Source: the human T2T-CHM13v2.0 reference genome, Homo sapiens. Taken from it: a DNA stretch of 64,000 bases. The notes beneath the pieces were generated by a model, which made no database searches, was not told where the DNA came from, and worked only from the letters and a program-made list of their open reading frames with translations. Where the stretch lies: NCBI RefSeq assembly GCF_009914755.1, contig NC_060936.1; one strand, 5' to 3'. This document shows, piece by piece, positions 34,083 to 64,000 of this stretch (its first letter is position 1; each line of letters begins with the position of its first letter). The position numbers were made by a program, and so were the translations under genes.

Positions 34083-34730
34083 TAAATAAATTTTCTTTAA
34101 AAGAAAAAAACCCTCTCAAACTGTTCAAGTAGTGGTTAAGAGGTATGCAGTAGCTAGAACAATGTAGGATATTTTAAAAATATGAGTTTGTTAGCTCTGC
34201 CATTACCTAACTCTCGGACAGCATTTAATTTCTCTGGAACTCAAATTTTCTAAGCTTTAAAAAAAAGGTGGAGAAGGCTTGAGACAGGAGCATAAATTGA
34301 TATAGCCTTTTTTGTAGGAAAATTGGTAAATATCCATGAAAATTTGAATGCACATACTCTTTCACCTAACTGTTCCAAAACTAACAATTTATTCTCCAGA
34401 TAAACTTGCACAAATATAAAAAGTTGTGCAAAAACATTCCTTGATTATAATAGCAACAAACTGTAGACCATCCAAAGGCCTATCAAATAGGAGGGCAGAT
34501 AAAAAGGAGTAAGACATTTAAGATCTATTAAATGAAATAACCTAGTGTGGATTGTTCTATTTAATCTATTTAAGATTTCTAATTTTATTACGCATACATA
34601 TATGTACACACACACACATATACATACACACTACAAAATTTCTGGAAGCACACATAAAAAAACTTTATCAGAGGAAACCTCTAGAGATTAAGAACAGTAG
34701 AGTAGGGGAAGCCTGGAATGTTTACCTTTG

Positions 34731-35031
<301 letters not shown>

Positions 35032-36455
35032 ATGTTTACCTTTGAACTTGTATTTTTCTGTGCCAATTAATTTTTAATCATGAAACTCTATTAGTTTTAT
35101 AATTTAAAACCAAAAGCAGGAATTGTGGAATTCCATAATTTCTAAGATTCCTTCCAGTGCTAAAATTCCAGTAAGTCCTTAATATAAATTATTATCAACA
35201 TGGCTGATTTGATCACTTAAAATACTGAATTTATTTACCAAATTTTTAAATTTAACAAATCCCTGTTTGAAATTCAGTTCTTCTTGCGCTCTGCTAGGAT
35301 CCAGAATTGACAGGGGATAACTGGATACATATTTTTAAATTGATCTGTTTTTGTAAGGCAGACTCTAGGGAGATGTTTATTTCCTATTAAGGAAATGAAA
35401 TGTAAGCTACAAGACTATGAATGAATTTAATTTATGACAGGTTGAAACTTTCTGATTGTATGTAAGAGAGTCAGAGTACCCAGAGGTTTTTATTAGCAGA
35501 TGCAAGTAACCATTTTATAAATTCAAAGTCAGTTCTCAAGGAGGGTAATATGGTGTGAGCTGGGGTAACAGGGTCTGGGGAAAAGATCACAAGTAACTCA
35601 AAATTGCAGTTAAAACTTTTCAAAAAGAGAACATAATGTAAATATAGTTGTAATTACATCTAATATTTAGAAACACACTTATTGCTCTATAGCCAAAAAT
35701 AATACAAGTTCCATAGTTTGGAAATATTGAACATCATATAAATTGCTTGATGAGAAACAACCAAAAGGATAATATGAGAAAATAATTATGGTTGCTTAAC
35801 ATCTTAGGTGAAATCTGGTGTTTTGGAAACATGACAATGGGACCAAGGACTTCAACATCTACTATGCAAATCTACATCTACGCCTACATTCAACTACGAC
35901 AGACAATTTCAAGCAGAACAGCCCTCCCCGCAGAACCACTAGAGAAGCTGAAGGAGATACCTGAGAAACTATTTAAAGACATCAGATAGATACCCAGCAA
36001 CCAGGATTTCAAGAGGCAAGATTCCAGAGAGAAGGGAAGCTTTGAGAAGTGAACCCTACCTTCTCCTGTTGCCTTTCCCCCTTAAAGTGTTTGCTGATTC
36101 TTATGCCACTCAGAACCAATATTCTTAGAAGGCACAATGCTGAGAAGCTCAGCAAAGCTCAGAGGCTACATGGTGCTTGCTAGTGCTAGACAGACAAAAA
36201 TTGGAGCTCAGAGCCTGTCCAGGAGGAAGAGGCGTGGGAAACACCCTAGGCTGTTAAATTGTCTGGATACTCATTCTTGGTTAAAAAAGTCTCTCCCATC
36301 CCTGCCTTGTATACTCACAGGCTCTCTTAATTTCTTATAAGCAAGAATTTATTTTTTATATGGTGCAAGATAGGAGTTTAACTTTATTTTGCTTGAGATG
36401 GATAACCAGTCAAGGCTAGTATCATTTATGATATTAACTATCCTTTCCCCTCTGA

Positions 36456-36878
<423 letters not shown>

Positions 36879-37029
36879 TAGAGGACACATCATTCTTTTT
36901 CACTTTGCAGCATCTGAATCTCATTGTTACATGAGGAAAACCCCCACCTTATGATTCTGAGCCTCCCATGAGAGAAGCTGAAAATGCCATGTAAATCCTT
37001 TCCCAGCTTGCCTTGCAACTAAGGTATAA

Positions 37030-37515
37030 TAAGTAGCCTCCAAACAGGCCCCAGTGCTCTCTGGCTGCTGGTATTTACAGCCTCATATAATCTCATTGAG
37101 TAGGGTTGTTTCCGAAATGATGGTGTGTGATTTCTGAGGTTGGTTATGAGTCATTGTGCCTCCTGCTTTGTTCTCTGTCTTGGATCACTCACTCCAGGGG
37201 AGGCCAGCTGCCATGCTGTGAGCACACTTAAGCAGCCCTATGGAGAGGTCCATGTGATGATGAACTGAGGCCCCAGCCAACAGCCATGTGAAGGAGCCAT
37301 CGTGGAAGCAGATCCTCCAGCTCCTCTTGAGCCTCCAGATGATTTCAGCCTCAGCCAACATCTTGACTGCAAGCTCATGAGAGACCCGAGCCAGAACTAC
37401 CCAGTTAGGTGCTTCTGGATTCCTGACCTACAGATACTGTATGAGAGAATAAATGTTTACTATTTTAAGCTGCTAAATTTAGGGGTAGTTTGTTATACAA
37501 CAATAGATAATATAA
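37030..37515 (+). mobile_element. MLT1-family MaLR LTR
   Basis: aataaatgtttactattttaagctgctaaatttaggggtagtttgttatacaacaatagataa 3' end. Confidence 0.75.
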
Positions 37516-37771
37516 GGGTTATGGGACCTGACCCAAGTTCTTCATTTGTTTTATATTCCTCAATATTTTATAGTTTTCTTCATGTTGCAACTATGTCTTT
37601 CTTAAGTTTATTTCTAAGTATTTTATGGTTTTTGTCTCTGAGTGACACTTTTTAAAATTTTCACTTCGATGTGTTTTTTGAAAGATTAGAGCAAAACTAG
37701 TGATTTTTATATATTTATCTGATAGCCAATAATTTACCAGATTCTCATATTATTCTATACTTTTTTTTTAA

Positions 37772-37881
37772 GGGGCTGGGCAGTGGCTCAACTCGAGGCA
37801 GATCACCCACCCACTTCCAAGATCCAACTATAAGCTTTTTAACTGCAGCAACTTAAGTATACGCTACTAGAACTGGAATTA
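37772..37881 (-). pseudogene. Retroposed 18S rRNA fragment
   Basis: Minus strand TAATTCCAGTTCTAGTAGCGTATACTTAAGTTGCTGCAGTTAAAAAGCTTATAGTTGGATCTTGG matches 18S; A-tail and ATTCTATACTT TSD. Confidence 0.88.
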
Positions 37882-38354
37882 ATCATTCTATACTTAAAAC
37901 AAAAAACCCTAGGGTCTCCTGGATTTCTGGGACATGCAATTGTCATCAGTAAGAAGGAATTTCAAAATAAAGGACTCCACCTTTTCTAAAATTTATGCCA
38001 ATTACTTGATTTCCTTGTCTTGTTAAATCCTCCTAAATTGTGTGGGACATTACTAACCACAGCAAGCATCTGTGTCTGGTTCTTGATTTTTAGTGAAATG
38101 GCTTTTAGTGTTTTGTTGTTTAGAATGATAATTGCTGTTAGTTTTCTTTAGTTGAGGTATACATAATAAAATTTAACCTTTTAAAGTGTACAGTTTGATG
38201 AGTTTTAACAACTACTGATATCAAGATCAAGAGCATTTCTGTCACCCCAAAAAGTTCCCTGGTACTCCTTTGCAGACATTCTTTTATATCTTTACTTCAG
38301 TTTAAATAAGATACTTGCACTTATGCTGTAACTCCATTGTTAATATTTGCACAA

Positions 38355-38990
<636 letters not shown>

Positions 38991-39416
38991 ATATTTTTAA
39001 AATTTAAATTTAAAAATTAAAAAAAACACATTTGCACAAGTTCTATATAAACAGAAACCATATCTATATTACTCACCCCTGTATTTCTAGCACCTAGCAT
39101 AATTCCTGGCACATACTAGGCCCTCAACATTTGCTGAAATGATGAGTTAATTAATGAATAAACCAATCAACCAACCAACCAATTCACCTTGGAGCTTGGC
39201 TCTATTCCTTAATGTTCCCTGATGCCAATTGCTTTCTTGCCTTGGTCTCCCCAGTCTGCCGTCCCCCTGACTCCCCACTGCTGGACTACACCTGCCTACT
39301 AGAGAGCTATCCAGTGCCCTTAACTGCATTCCTTTACCTATTGGTTTTTCCTTCCGAGTTTAACTACAAAGTGGGGTGCTATCTAGTGGGGTTAGCTTTG
39401 CTCAAGGAGAAGCTTA

Positions 39417-39434
39417 ACAACAACAACAACAACA
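39417..39434 (+). repeat. (AAC)n microsatellite
   Basis: Six AAC units. Confidence 0.85.
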
Positions 39435-39623
39435 GTAGCTGTTTCCAGCAATACATAGAGAAAAGCTAAAATTAGGACAAGGGAATCCGATACAAAGGCA
39501 GGAAACTTAATAACTATCTGGAGTGTTAGTTCTGGAGGAGCTAGGCCAAGATGGGAACTAGGTCAAAAGTCAGAAGAGGTGAAGAGACCACAGCGAGAAA
39601 CAACAAAGCTGGGAATTAACTAA

Positions 39624-39995
<372 letters not shown>

Positions 39996-41457
39996 TGATC
40001 AGACAACGGCCCGCCATCTTATGCCAGCCTACCATCTTGTGCTCTGTCTGCCTCATGAATTCCCACCATCATCTGCAGAAACGTCTACCCACAAGCAGTG
40101 GCTCTATTTTGAAGGATATGTCTCTGTCTCAGTTCTCTCCAGGTGCAGCACCAACTCCCCACCACTCACTAGTTAAGGTGGCATTTGCAGTTTCAGAACT
40201 GGTTGCTTACTTATTCAGAATTGGAGGAAAAGGTCAAGAAGTTGAGCTGTGAAATGCAGAAAAAAAAGTGAAGAAACTCAGTTTTCTCTCAAAACAAAAA
40301 ATAAAGGAGTTAAAATATACAAAAATGCAACTGAAATCTCTGAATGTAATTCACACTCTAGTATGCTCTTTTAAAAAAAGATGAAAGCACAGAAGCATAC
40401 ATAAAGCATTCTTTGTAAGCTACTCTTTGCTTACTAATAACAAATGTAGGTAAATTGGGCAGATGTAAATAAGGCACCACCACAACACGTGAGCGCCAAC
40501 CACAGAGCCAAGATCCGCACACTAAATACGGGAAGTTGTAAAAGACTGTGACAGACTGTCACTAAAAAACTTGTCTTCAGGAATTCGGACGATTATCTGA
40601 AAAGATATTCAAAGTTCAATTTTGTTGGAGGAAGCAATAAGGAAGTGGGGTGTCTATGTCAGAGACGGGCGCGGGTATGCGAGGGGGTAACGTATAGAGT
40701 AGGTTAAAGAGACGTAGAAAATATTTCCAAAGGCACAAGTTTAGCATGAGGGACTTCCCTCACAGGAAAGACACCTGGTGTTTTATATGTCCTTCTGAGC
40801 ACAGACAGGGTATTTCTATGAAGTTACAAAGCTGCAATCCCGTTCTCATGTGCAGCACCACAGGTTTTGCTTTCAAATATCTGCAGGTGCATCCTCCTGC
40901 ACTCGTTAAACTAAGGGTTTTCCTTTTCTGTGCTAGACCCGCTTTTACGACCACGCTCTCCACCTGATTCACAGAAAGGGTTCTACGACCGTCAGGTCAC
41001 CGCCGCCTTTGTACTTTATTGGGGAGTCGAAGGCCTCAGCGCTGCTCGCGATTTCCCTAAGGTGGTCGGGAAGGTCCCAACCACGTTCTTCTGTAAACCA
41101 GATAAGGAAGGCCTGGGGATTCCGGCCGCGGAAAGGCACAGAGGAGGTGAACGCTCCGGCTGCCCAAGTGACGCACTTGTAGGCGGATTCGGAAACTCGT
41201 GCTCTTGAGCCGGAGGCGGAGCCCCCAGACTCAGACCGACCCCCCAGAACCGGGCGGCCTTGCCCGAGGCATGAAGGCTTTCTAGGCCCGCTTCTAAAAG
41301 CTGTGTACAATGGAGACTCCTGGAATAGGCACATATCTCTACTGTAATCAGAACGAGATGTAACATCTAAGACGCAGGGCAGGGCTCTGGCAAAGACACG
41401 CTGGGGGAACGTGAAAGAAAGGGCCAAAACTACGCAGCTGGTCCTCAGAGACCAAAG

Positions 41458-41519
41458 ACTACGACCCCCAGCATTCAATGCAGTGAACCCCTAGGACGTT
41501 GCATGCCGGGAGCTGTAGT
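41458..41519. promoter_or_regulatory. Inverted pair of ZNF143/THAP11-type (SBS) motifs
   Basis: + ACTACGACCCCCAGCATTCA (41458-41477); - ACTACAGCTCCCGGCATGCA (41500-41519). Confidence 0.7.
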
Positions 41520-41701
41520 TTCTCACCACCGCCACCCCCCCGCCCCCCCGCCATCTGAAAGGGTTCTAGGGGATTTGCAACCTCTCTCGTGTGTTTCTTC
41601 TTTCCGAGAAGCGCCGCCACACGAGAAAGCTGGCCGCGAAAGTCGTGCTGGAATCACTTCCAACGAAACCCCAGGCATAGATGGGAAAGGGTGAAGAACA
41701 C

Positions 41702-41715
41702 GTTGCCATGGCTAC
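41702..41715. promoter_or_regulatory. RFX X-box
   Basis: GTTGCCATGGCTAC, 13/14 match to the palindrome GTTGCCATGGCAAC. Confidence 0.75.
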
Positions 41716-41751
41716 CGTTTCCCCGGTCACGGAATAAACGCTCTCTAGGAT

Positions 41752-41763
41752 CCGGAAGTAGTT
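41752..41763 (+). promoter_or_regulatory. ETS/GABP site
   Basis: CCGGAAGTAGTT. Confidence 0.6.
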
Positions 41764-41876
41764 CCGCCGCGACCTCTCTAAAAGGATGGATGTGTTCTCT
41801 GCTTACATTCATTGGACGTTTTCCCTTAGAGGCCAAGGCCGCCCAGGCAAAGGGGCGGTCCCACGTGTGAGGGGCC

Positions 41877-41895
41877 CGCGGAGCCATTTGATTGG
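41877..41895 (-). promoter_or_regulatory. ERSE-like (1 mismatch)
   Basis: Reverse strand CCAAT-caaatggct-CCGCG. Confidence 0.6.
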
Positions 41896-41915
41896 AGAAA
41901 AGCTGCAAACCCTGA

Positions 41916-41934
41916 CCAATCGGAAGGAGCCACG
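41916..41934 (+). promoter_or_regulatory. ERSE (consensus)
   Basis: CCAAT-cggaaggag-CCACG. Confidence 0.95.
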
Positions 41935-41955
41935 CTTCGGGCATCGGTCACCGCA

Positions 41956-41974
41956 CCTGGACAGCTCCGATTGG
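41956..41974 (-). promoter_or_regulatory. ERSE (1 mismatch)
   Basis: Reverse strand CCAAT-cggagctgt-CCAGG. Confidence 0.8.
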
Positions 41975-42020
41975 TGGACTTCCGCCCCCCCTCACGAATC
42001 CTCATTGGGTGCCGTGGGTG

Positions 42021-42039
42021 CGTGGTGCGGCGCGATTGG
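42021..42039 (-). promoter_or_regulatory. ERSE (consensus)
   Basis: Reverse strand CCAAT-cgcgccgca-CCACG. Confidence 0.95.
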
Positions 42040-42215
42040 TGGGTTCATGTTTCCCGTCCCCCGCCCGCGAGAAGTGGGGGTGAAAAGCGGCCCGACCTGC
42101 TTGCGGTGTAGTGGGCGGACCGCGCGGCTGGAGGTGTGAGGATCCGAACCCAGGGGTGGGGGGTGGAGGCGGCTCCTGCGATCGAAGGGGACTTGAGACT
42201 CACCGGCCGCACGCC

Positions 42216-59374
<17,159 letters not shown>

Positions 59375-59618
59375 ATTATACTCTCACCATTTGGATCCTG
59401 TGTGGAGAGGGAATGTGAAATTTACATCATTTCTTTTTGGGAGAGACTTGTTTTGGATGCCCCCTAATCCCCTTCTCCCCTGCACTGTAAAATGTGGGAT
59501 TATGGGTCACAGGAAAAAGTGGGTTTTTTAGTTGAATTTTTTTTAACATTCCTCATGAATGTAAATTTGTACTATTTAACTGACTATTCTTGATGTAAAA
59601 TCTTGTCATGTGTATAAA

Positions 59619-59624
59619 AATAAA
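59619..59624 (+). terminator. HSP90B1: HSP90B1 polyadenylation signal
   Basis: AATAAA about 245 nt after the stop, TGTA just upstream, GT-rich sequence (gtgtcttgactgtcttg) downstream. Confidence 0.85.
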
Positions 59625-59751
59625 AAAGATCCCAAATACTCAGTGTCTTGACTGTCTTGCAGAGAACTACCTAATACTTGGCTGAATTTTTTTTTTTTTA
59701 ATCATGTGTCTTGGGTTCTTTTTCTTAGAAAAGTGATTCAGGCTTATGACC

Positions 59752-60004
59752 TTTTTTTTTTTTGAGACCAAGTCTCACTTTTGCCCAGGCTGGAGTGTGG
59801 TGGCGCAATCTCTGCTCACTGCAACCTCCGCCTTCCGGGTTCAAGCAATTCTCTGCCTCAGCCTCCTGAGTAGCTGGGATTACAGGTGCCCGTCACCACA
59901 CCCGGCTAATTTTTTGTATTTTTAGTAGAGACAGGGTTTCACCATCTTGGCCAGGCTGGTCTTTGAACTCCTGACCTCGTGATCCACCCACCTCCGCCTC
60001 CCAA
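59752..60004 (-). mobile_element. Alu (5' end missing)
   Basis: Reverse Alu just downstream of the HSP90B1 poly(A) site. Confidence 0.9.
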
Positions 60005-60667
60005 GAAAAGATTTTTTTAAAAAATCAAAGGTTGAGCCAGTCATGGTGACACACACCTGTGGTCCCAACTCCTGAGGAAGCTGAGGCAGGAGGATTATTT
60101 GAACTCAGGAGCTTGGGACTGTTGAAAAACCAAAGAGTTTAAAAAGTCTTCCACAGGGAGAAGAGAGAATTTCCTTAAAGATTTCCAAATATATGTAGAT
60201 ATTCCCCCTTTCATAGGGTGGAGCTTAATCTTCTCCTTTTTGAATGTGGGCTAGATTAAGTGACTCCTAAAGAACAGAGTATGGAAAGGGAAAAAGTAAC
60301 TTTGCAGTGGAGAAACCTGGCAGACTTAACCAAGTGATCAATGTTAATATCACCAGTGATGTGTACCCCCGATAGGATGTGAAGTGAATTGTACTGCTGT
60401 GGTTTCCAAAAACCTGTAATCTCAATCTAATGAGAAAAACAGACATATTTAGAATATGTGAACAGTATTCTTCAAAATTTCCAGAAAATTTTTCTCAGAA
60501 AAACAGGCTGAGAAGTAACCATGGACGGCAGAAGACTAAAGATACATGACAACTATTAATAAATGCAATGTGGTACCCTGGAAACAAAAGGATGTTAAAT
60601 GGAAAAACGTGAAATCTAAAGTCCGGAGTCTAGAGTACAGTTGAGAGTATTGTACCAATATTGGGTT

Positions 60668-60944
<277 letters not shown>

Positions 60945-61926
60945 CAATACTGGTTTCTTAACTGACGTACCATGGTAGCTTAAGATGACAACATTCATAG
61001 AAACAGCGTGGGGTATATGGGAACTCTACTAGATGTGGTTTTTCTGTAAATCTAAACTTAAAAAAAAAAAAAGCTATCTTTGAAAAAAATCACCCATAAT
61101 CCTACCAGAGATAACTATTGGCACTGAGTGAAAATCCACATTGACCTATATTTTGAAATGTACTCTTGTTTATGAAACAATTTTTAATTTCACTAGTCTG
61201 TTACAGCCAACTGAAATGGTAGTCTTAAGTTTTTGTTGTTTTTACTGTGGGCTAGAGAGAGATGTCTTAACTGTACATTTAAGGATCATGTGTGTATTAG
61301 AAAATTTTACACAATTTATGTGCTACAAAGTTTCATTAGAGACTTTACAGTTTTTCTGATGATCTAGTACTTCTCTATGGACTTCTTTTTCTGTTGATGC
61401 TTCCCTACCCCCTCCCTACCTTAAGGTATTTTTCTAGAATTAGTTTCCAATAATCATTACCAGCTTCCCTACTTGAGCGTACGTCTTCTGAAAACCACCC
61501 TGCTTTTCCCTTTGTGGTAGAATGGCAGCTCAGTTACAGAAACATGCTATAATTAAGGTATATATAGCTTCCTTTTATGATACAGGCTTATATTAATTGC
61601 TACTTGAAATGTTTCCCATTTTGGGGCCACTATGCATTACCATTGTTAATACTGCTATGATATACTCATAGAAATCAAAGCCATCAGATCACATTGAATT
61701 AGTGATATCTGACACTTTAGCTCCTCAGAATCCTACAATTTCTAAATTTCTGCTGTTCCTAGCAGGAAAGCATCATACTCCTTCAGTTTTTGATAAACAG
61801 CTCAATCATACCTGTCTTGCATAAAAACTGTTTAACTGGCCTAATTTAATTACCAAACAGGTTGCAACTGGTCTATCTTGGCCTTTTAAGTTAAAAAACA
61901 TTATTAGGGGATAATATAGTACTGCC

Positions 61927-61939
61927 TTTAATTTTTAAT
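61927..61939 (-). terminator. UQCC6: Candidate UQCC6 distal poly(A) signals (2x ATTAAA)
   Basis: Two TTTAAT on + about 1.3 kb past the stop; usage not shown by the sequence. Confidence 0.4.
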
Positions 61940-63232
61940 GCATATATGTTACAGATTTGGTTCTCCAAGAAACACTGAGGTGCAGTTTAGCAGGGGGTCT
62001 ATGAAGGCACACCCTTCGATCAACACCTGAGAAAGGAAACAGGACTGAGCAGAGGTATAAGTTGAGTTGCAATGCAGATCCAAAGACAGTGTCCCTAAAC
62101 CCCATAGGGAGTTGTGGTGGGCCCAGCAGAGTTGCCCACCACTCACGTGCTGAAGTGGCCAGGCCTTTCTATTCTCACCTCCAACAGTCACTGGATTTGG
62201 GCCCCTTCAGGAGGCATGGCTTTGAGCAAGGCCACCATAGCCGAGGCAATCCTTCTAGAAGCTGACCATTGAAAGCTGCTGGCATGCTTGATGCTAGGGC
62301 AACAAGCCTGCCTTAGGGAGTATGGATGGCGCATTTCCATGACCACTACAATGTATATTTTTCACAATGGGGATCAACTTCAAAACAGGAAGAAAATGTA
62401 TCTTATTGGAAGTCACTTAGAACCAGTACTTAATGAAATAAAGATGGCATTTTTACCCAAGGTAAATTTTTACTTTAATAACCATAAAACTGATTTTTCA
62501 CCTTCATGAAGTCATTGTCTTACAGAAGACTCGGATTCAAATCATGACTCTTTCCCTCAGTAGCCAGACCACTTACTCTGTACCTGTAAAAGGAGGTATG
62601 CGGTGCTTCTAAAGCATGCACTGCATCCATTCATTCACGTGGTCCACTGGGTGACGACGGTCTGTCCTCCCCTTAAGCAAAAACTGGCTCTAAGGGACAG
62701 GTCTTTTCTTCACGCAAAAGGTGAGCAATGCCCCCAGCCTTTCATTCTAGAAAGTGATGAGGCGATGATTTTGTATCCACAAAATGCATTATCAAAGCTC
62801 ACCACTTTAGTGTTCATTTACTAAAGTTAGCAGAGATCTAGAATTTGAAAAAAAACAGTTTAGCAATGAGAAATAACTCCACTTAGCAAATTCAATTAAT
62901 GAAACTAGTTCATAGTTTTAAATAATTTCTTAATTTATATGAAATAAAGACAACCCATATAGTAGACTTACAAATATTCTATTTCGCGTTATATTCAAGA
63001 CTAAACATCTTCCAAACCATATTCATGAAATGGTTTGATGATATGTGCTTTGGCAGTTTTCAAGAAATATCAATCAAACCGTAATTAAATTTCAACGTAT
63101 CGGCTAAACATCCACTGAGCACCTCCTCTTGCAGTTAGCATTAGACTAAGTGCTTAAGGACAAGTAGTTTGATGCAATAAATTAAGAAATACATATTTAA
63201 GACTTATATTATTCACAGAATTCTTGGCATAG

Positions 63233-63340
63233 TTATTTAAGTTCCTCCTGTTGAGAAACTTGAGGTTTGTGTTTTCTTTCTTTCAGTCCCAAAAGCTCCG
63301 TTTTGAGTTCTCCACGCTTTGGTGGAATTTCAGGTATTGT
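63233..63340 (-). CDS. UQCC6: UQCC6/C12orf73 (BRAWNIN) last coding exon
   Basis: cag|TIPEIPPKRGELKTELLGLKERKHKPQVSQQEELK-TAA matches the recalled C-terminal half of the 71-aa microprotein; too short for the ORF track. Confidence 0.93.
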   Translation of the reverse strand, partial: TIPEIPPKRGELKTELLGLKERKHKPQVSQQEELK

Positions 63341-64000
63341 CTGCAAAAAAAACAAAACAAAAAACATAAATGTCTAACCCTTAATAAGGCTGTAATTCAA
63401 TGTAACCTAGAAGACTTTAAAGAGTAAAAAATAACAAAAAGTTCCCTTGCTTGCTACTCAATGATAACTCTTTATTATGAGAAGCTCTGGTTGATCTAAG
63501 TCCCTTTCTAACCCTGTGTTTATATGAGTCTATCATCCTGGCAAGGTCTTCAGCATTACGTACTGCAGGACTCACAAAGGATAGCTGGCATCAGAATCAA
63601 TTGACAGGTTCACAGCTTTGAATAAAACTTTCCACATCTGGAAATTCATTCCTGCACCATCTACTGACTCTCTACCATGTGCCTGGCATAGAAAATAGGC
63701 GTTAGGAATTAATTTATTAATTCAAAAATATTAAGTGCCTATTATATGCAAAGCAGAAAGCAGTATGCAAAAAAATACAAAATCCCTGCATTCCAGGAAG
63801 GTATTCACAGAGTTCTGCATCTATCACCACAATAAATTTTAGAAAATTTTCATCACCCCAAAAAGAAACCCCATACTTATTAGCAGTCACTTTCATTTCC
63901 ATACAACCCTCCCCCACATAGCCATAGATAACTATTAGTCTTCTTTTTGTCTATATAGATTTGCCTATTCTGGATATTTTCTATAAATGGAATCATATAA

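Noticed and set aside
34520-34575. Imperfect AT-rich inverted repeat
   Set aside because: Short and mismatched; plausible by chance within degraded repeat sequence.
37772-37810. Apparent deleted Alu start (gggctgggcagtggctca)
   Set aside because: Better explained as the CpG-decayed reverse complement of an 18S expansion segment.
37772-37881. Functional rRNA gene
   Set aside because: Short diverged fragment with retroposition hallmarks.
40969-41478. 169-aa minus-strand ORF in the CpG island
   Set aside because: TTG start, no recognisable domain, and GC-rich sequence is stop-poor; would need Ribo-seq or conservation evidence.

Overview
Primate, almost certainly human, genomic DNA from the HSP90B1 locus (chr12q23.3 from recall), rich in Alu and older repeats. 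(1) The complete 18-exon HSP90B1/GRP94 gene lies on + (ATG 42216, stop 59374). The exons splice into 803 codons from the signal peptide to C-terminal KDEL, and this haplotype reads Leu rather than the canonical Pro at residue 321. (2) Head-to-head with it on - are six coding-type exons of TTC41P/GNN (27800 down to 1330, continuing off the left edge). They splice with intact GT-AG sites into a 676-codon DUF4062 + NACHT-like STAND NTPase frame broken by one TAG (codon 140), with Arg at the first Walker A Gly position. (3) The last coding exon of the microprotein gene UQCC6/C12orf73 (BRAWNIN) lies on - at the right edge, convergent with HSP90B1. The shared CpG-island promoter has ERSEs in both orientations, six CCAAT boxes, an RFX X-box, inverted ZNF143-type motifs and an ETS site. 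Smaller oddities: a TSD-flanked 18S rRNA fragment retrocopy, an Alu apparently carrying its 3' flank, an orphan A-tail insertion, and two long GA tracts grown from retroelement tails around the P-loop exon. I see no wholly new biological system. The best lead is the nearly intact STAND-NTPase pseudogene sharing a promoter with GRP94. Repeat family names and boundaries are by eye and approximate.
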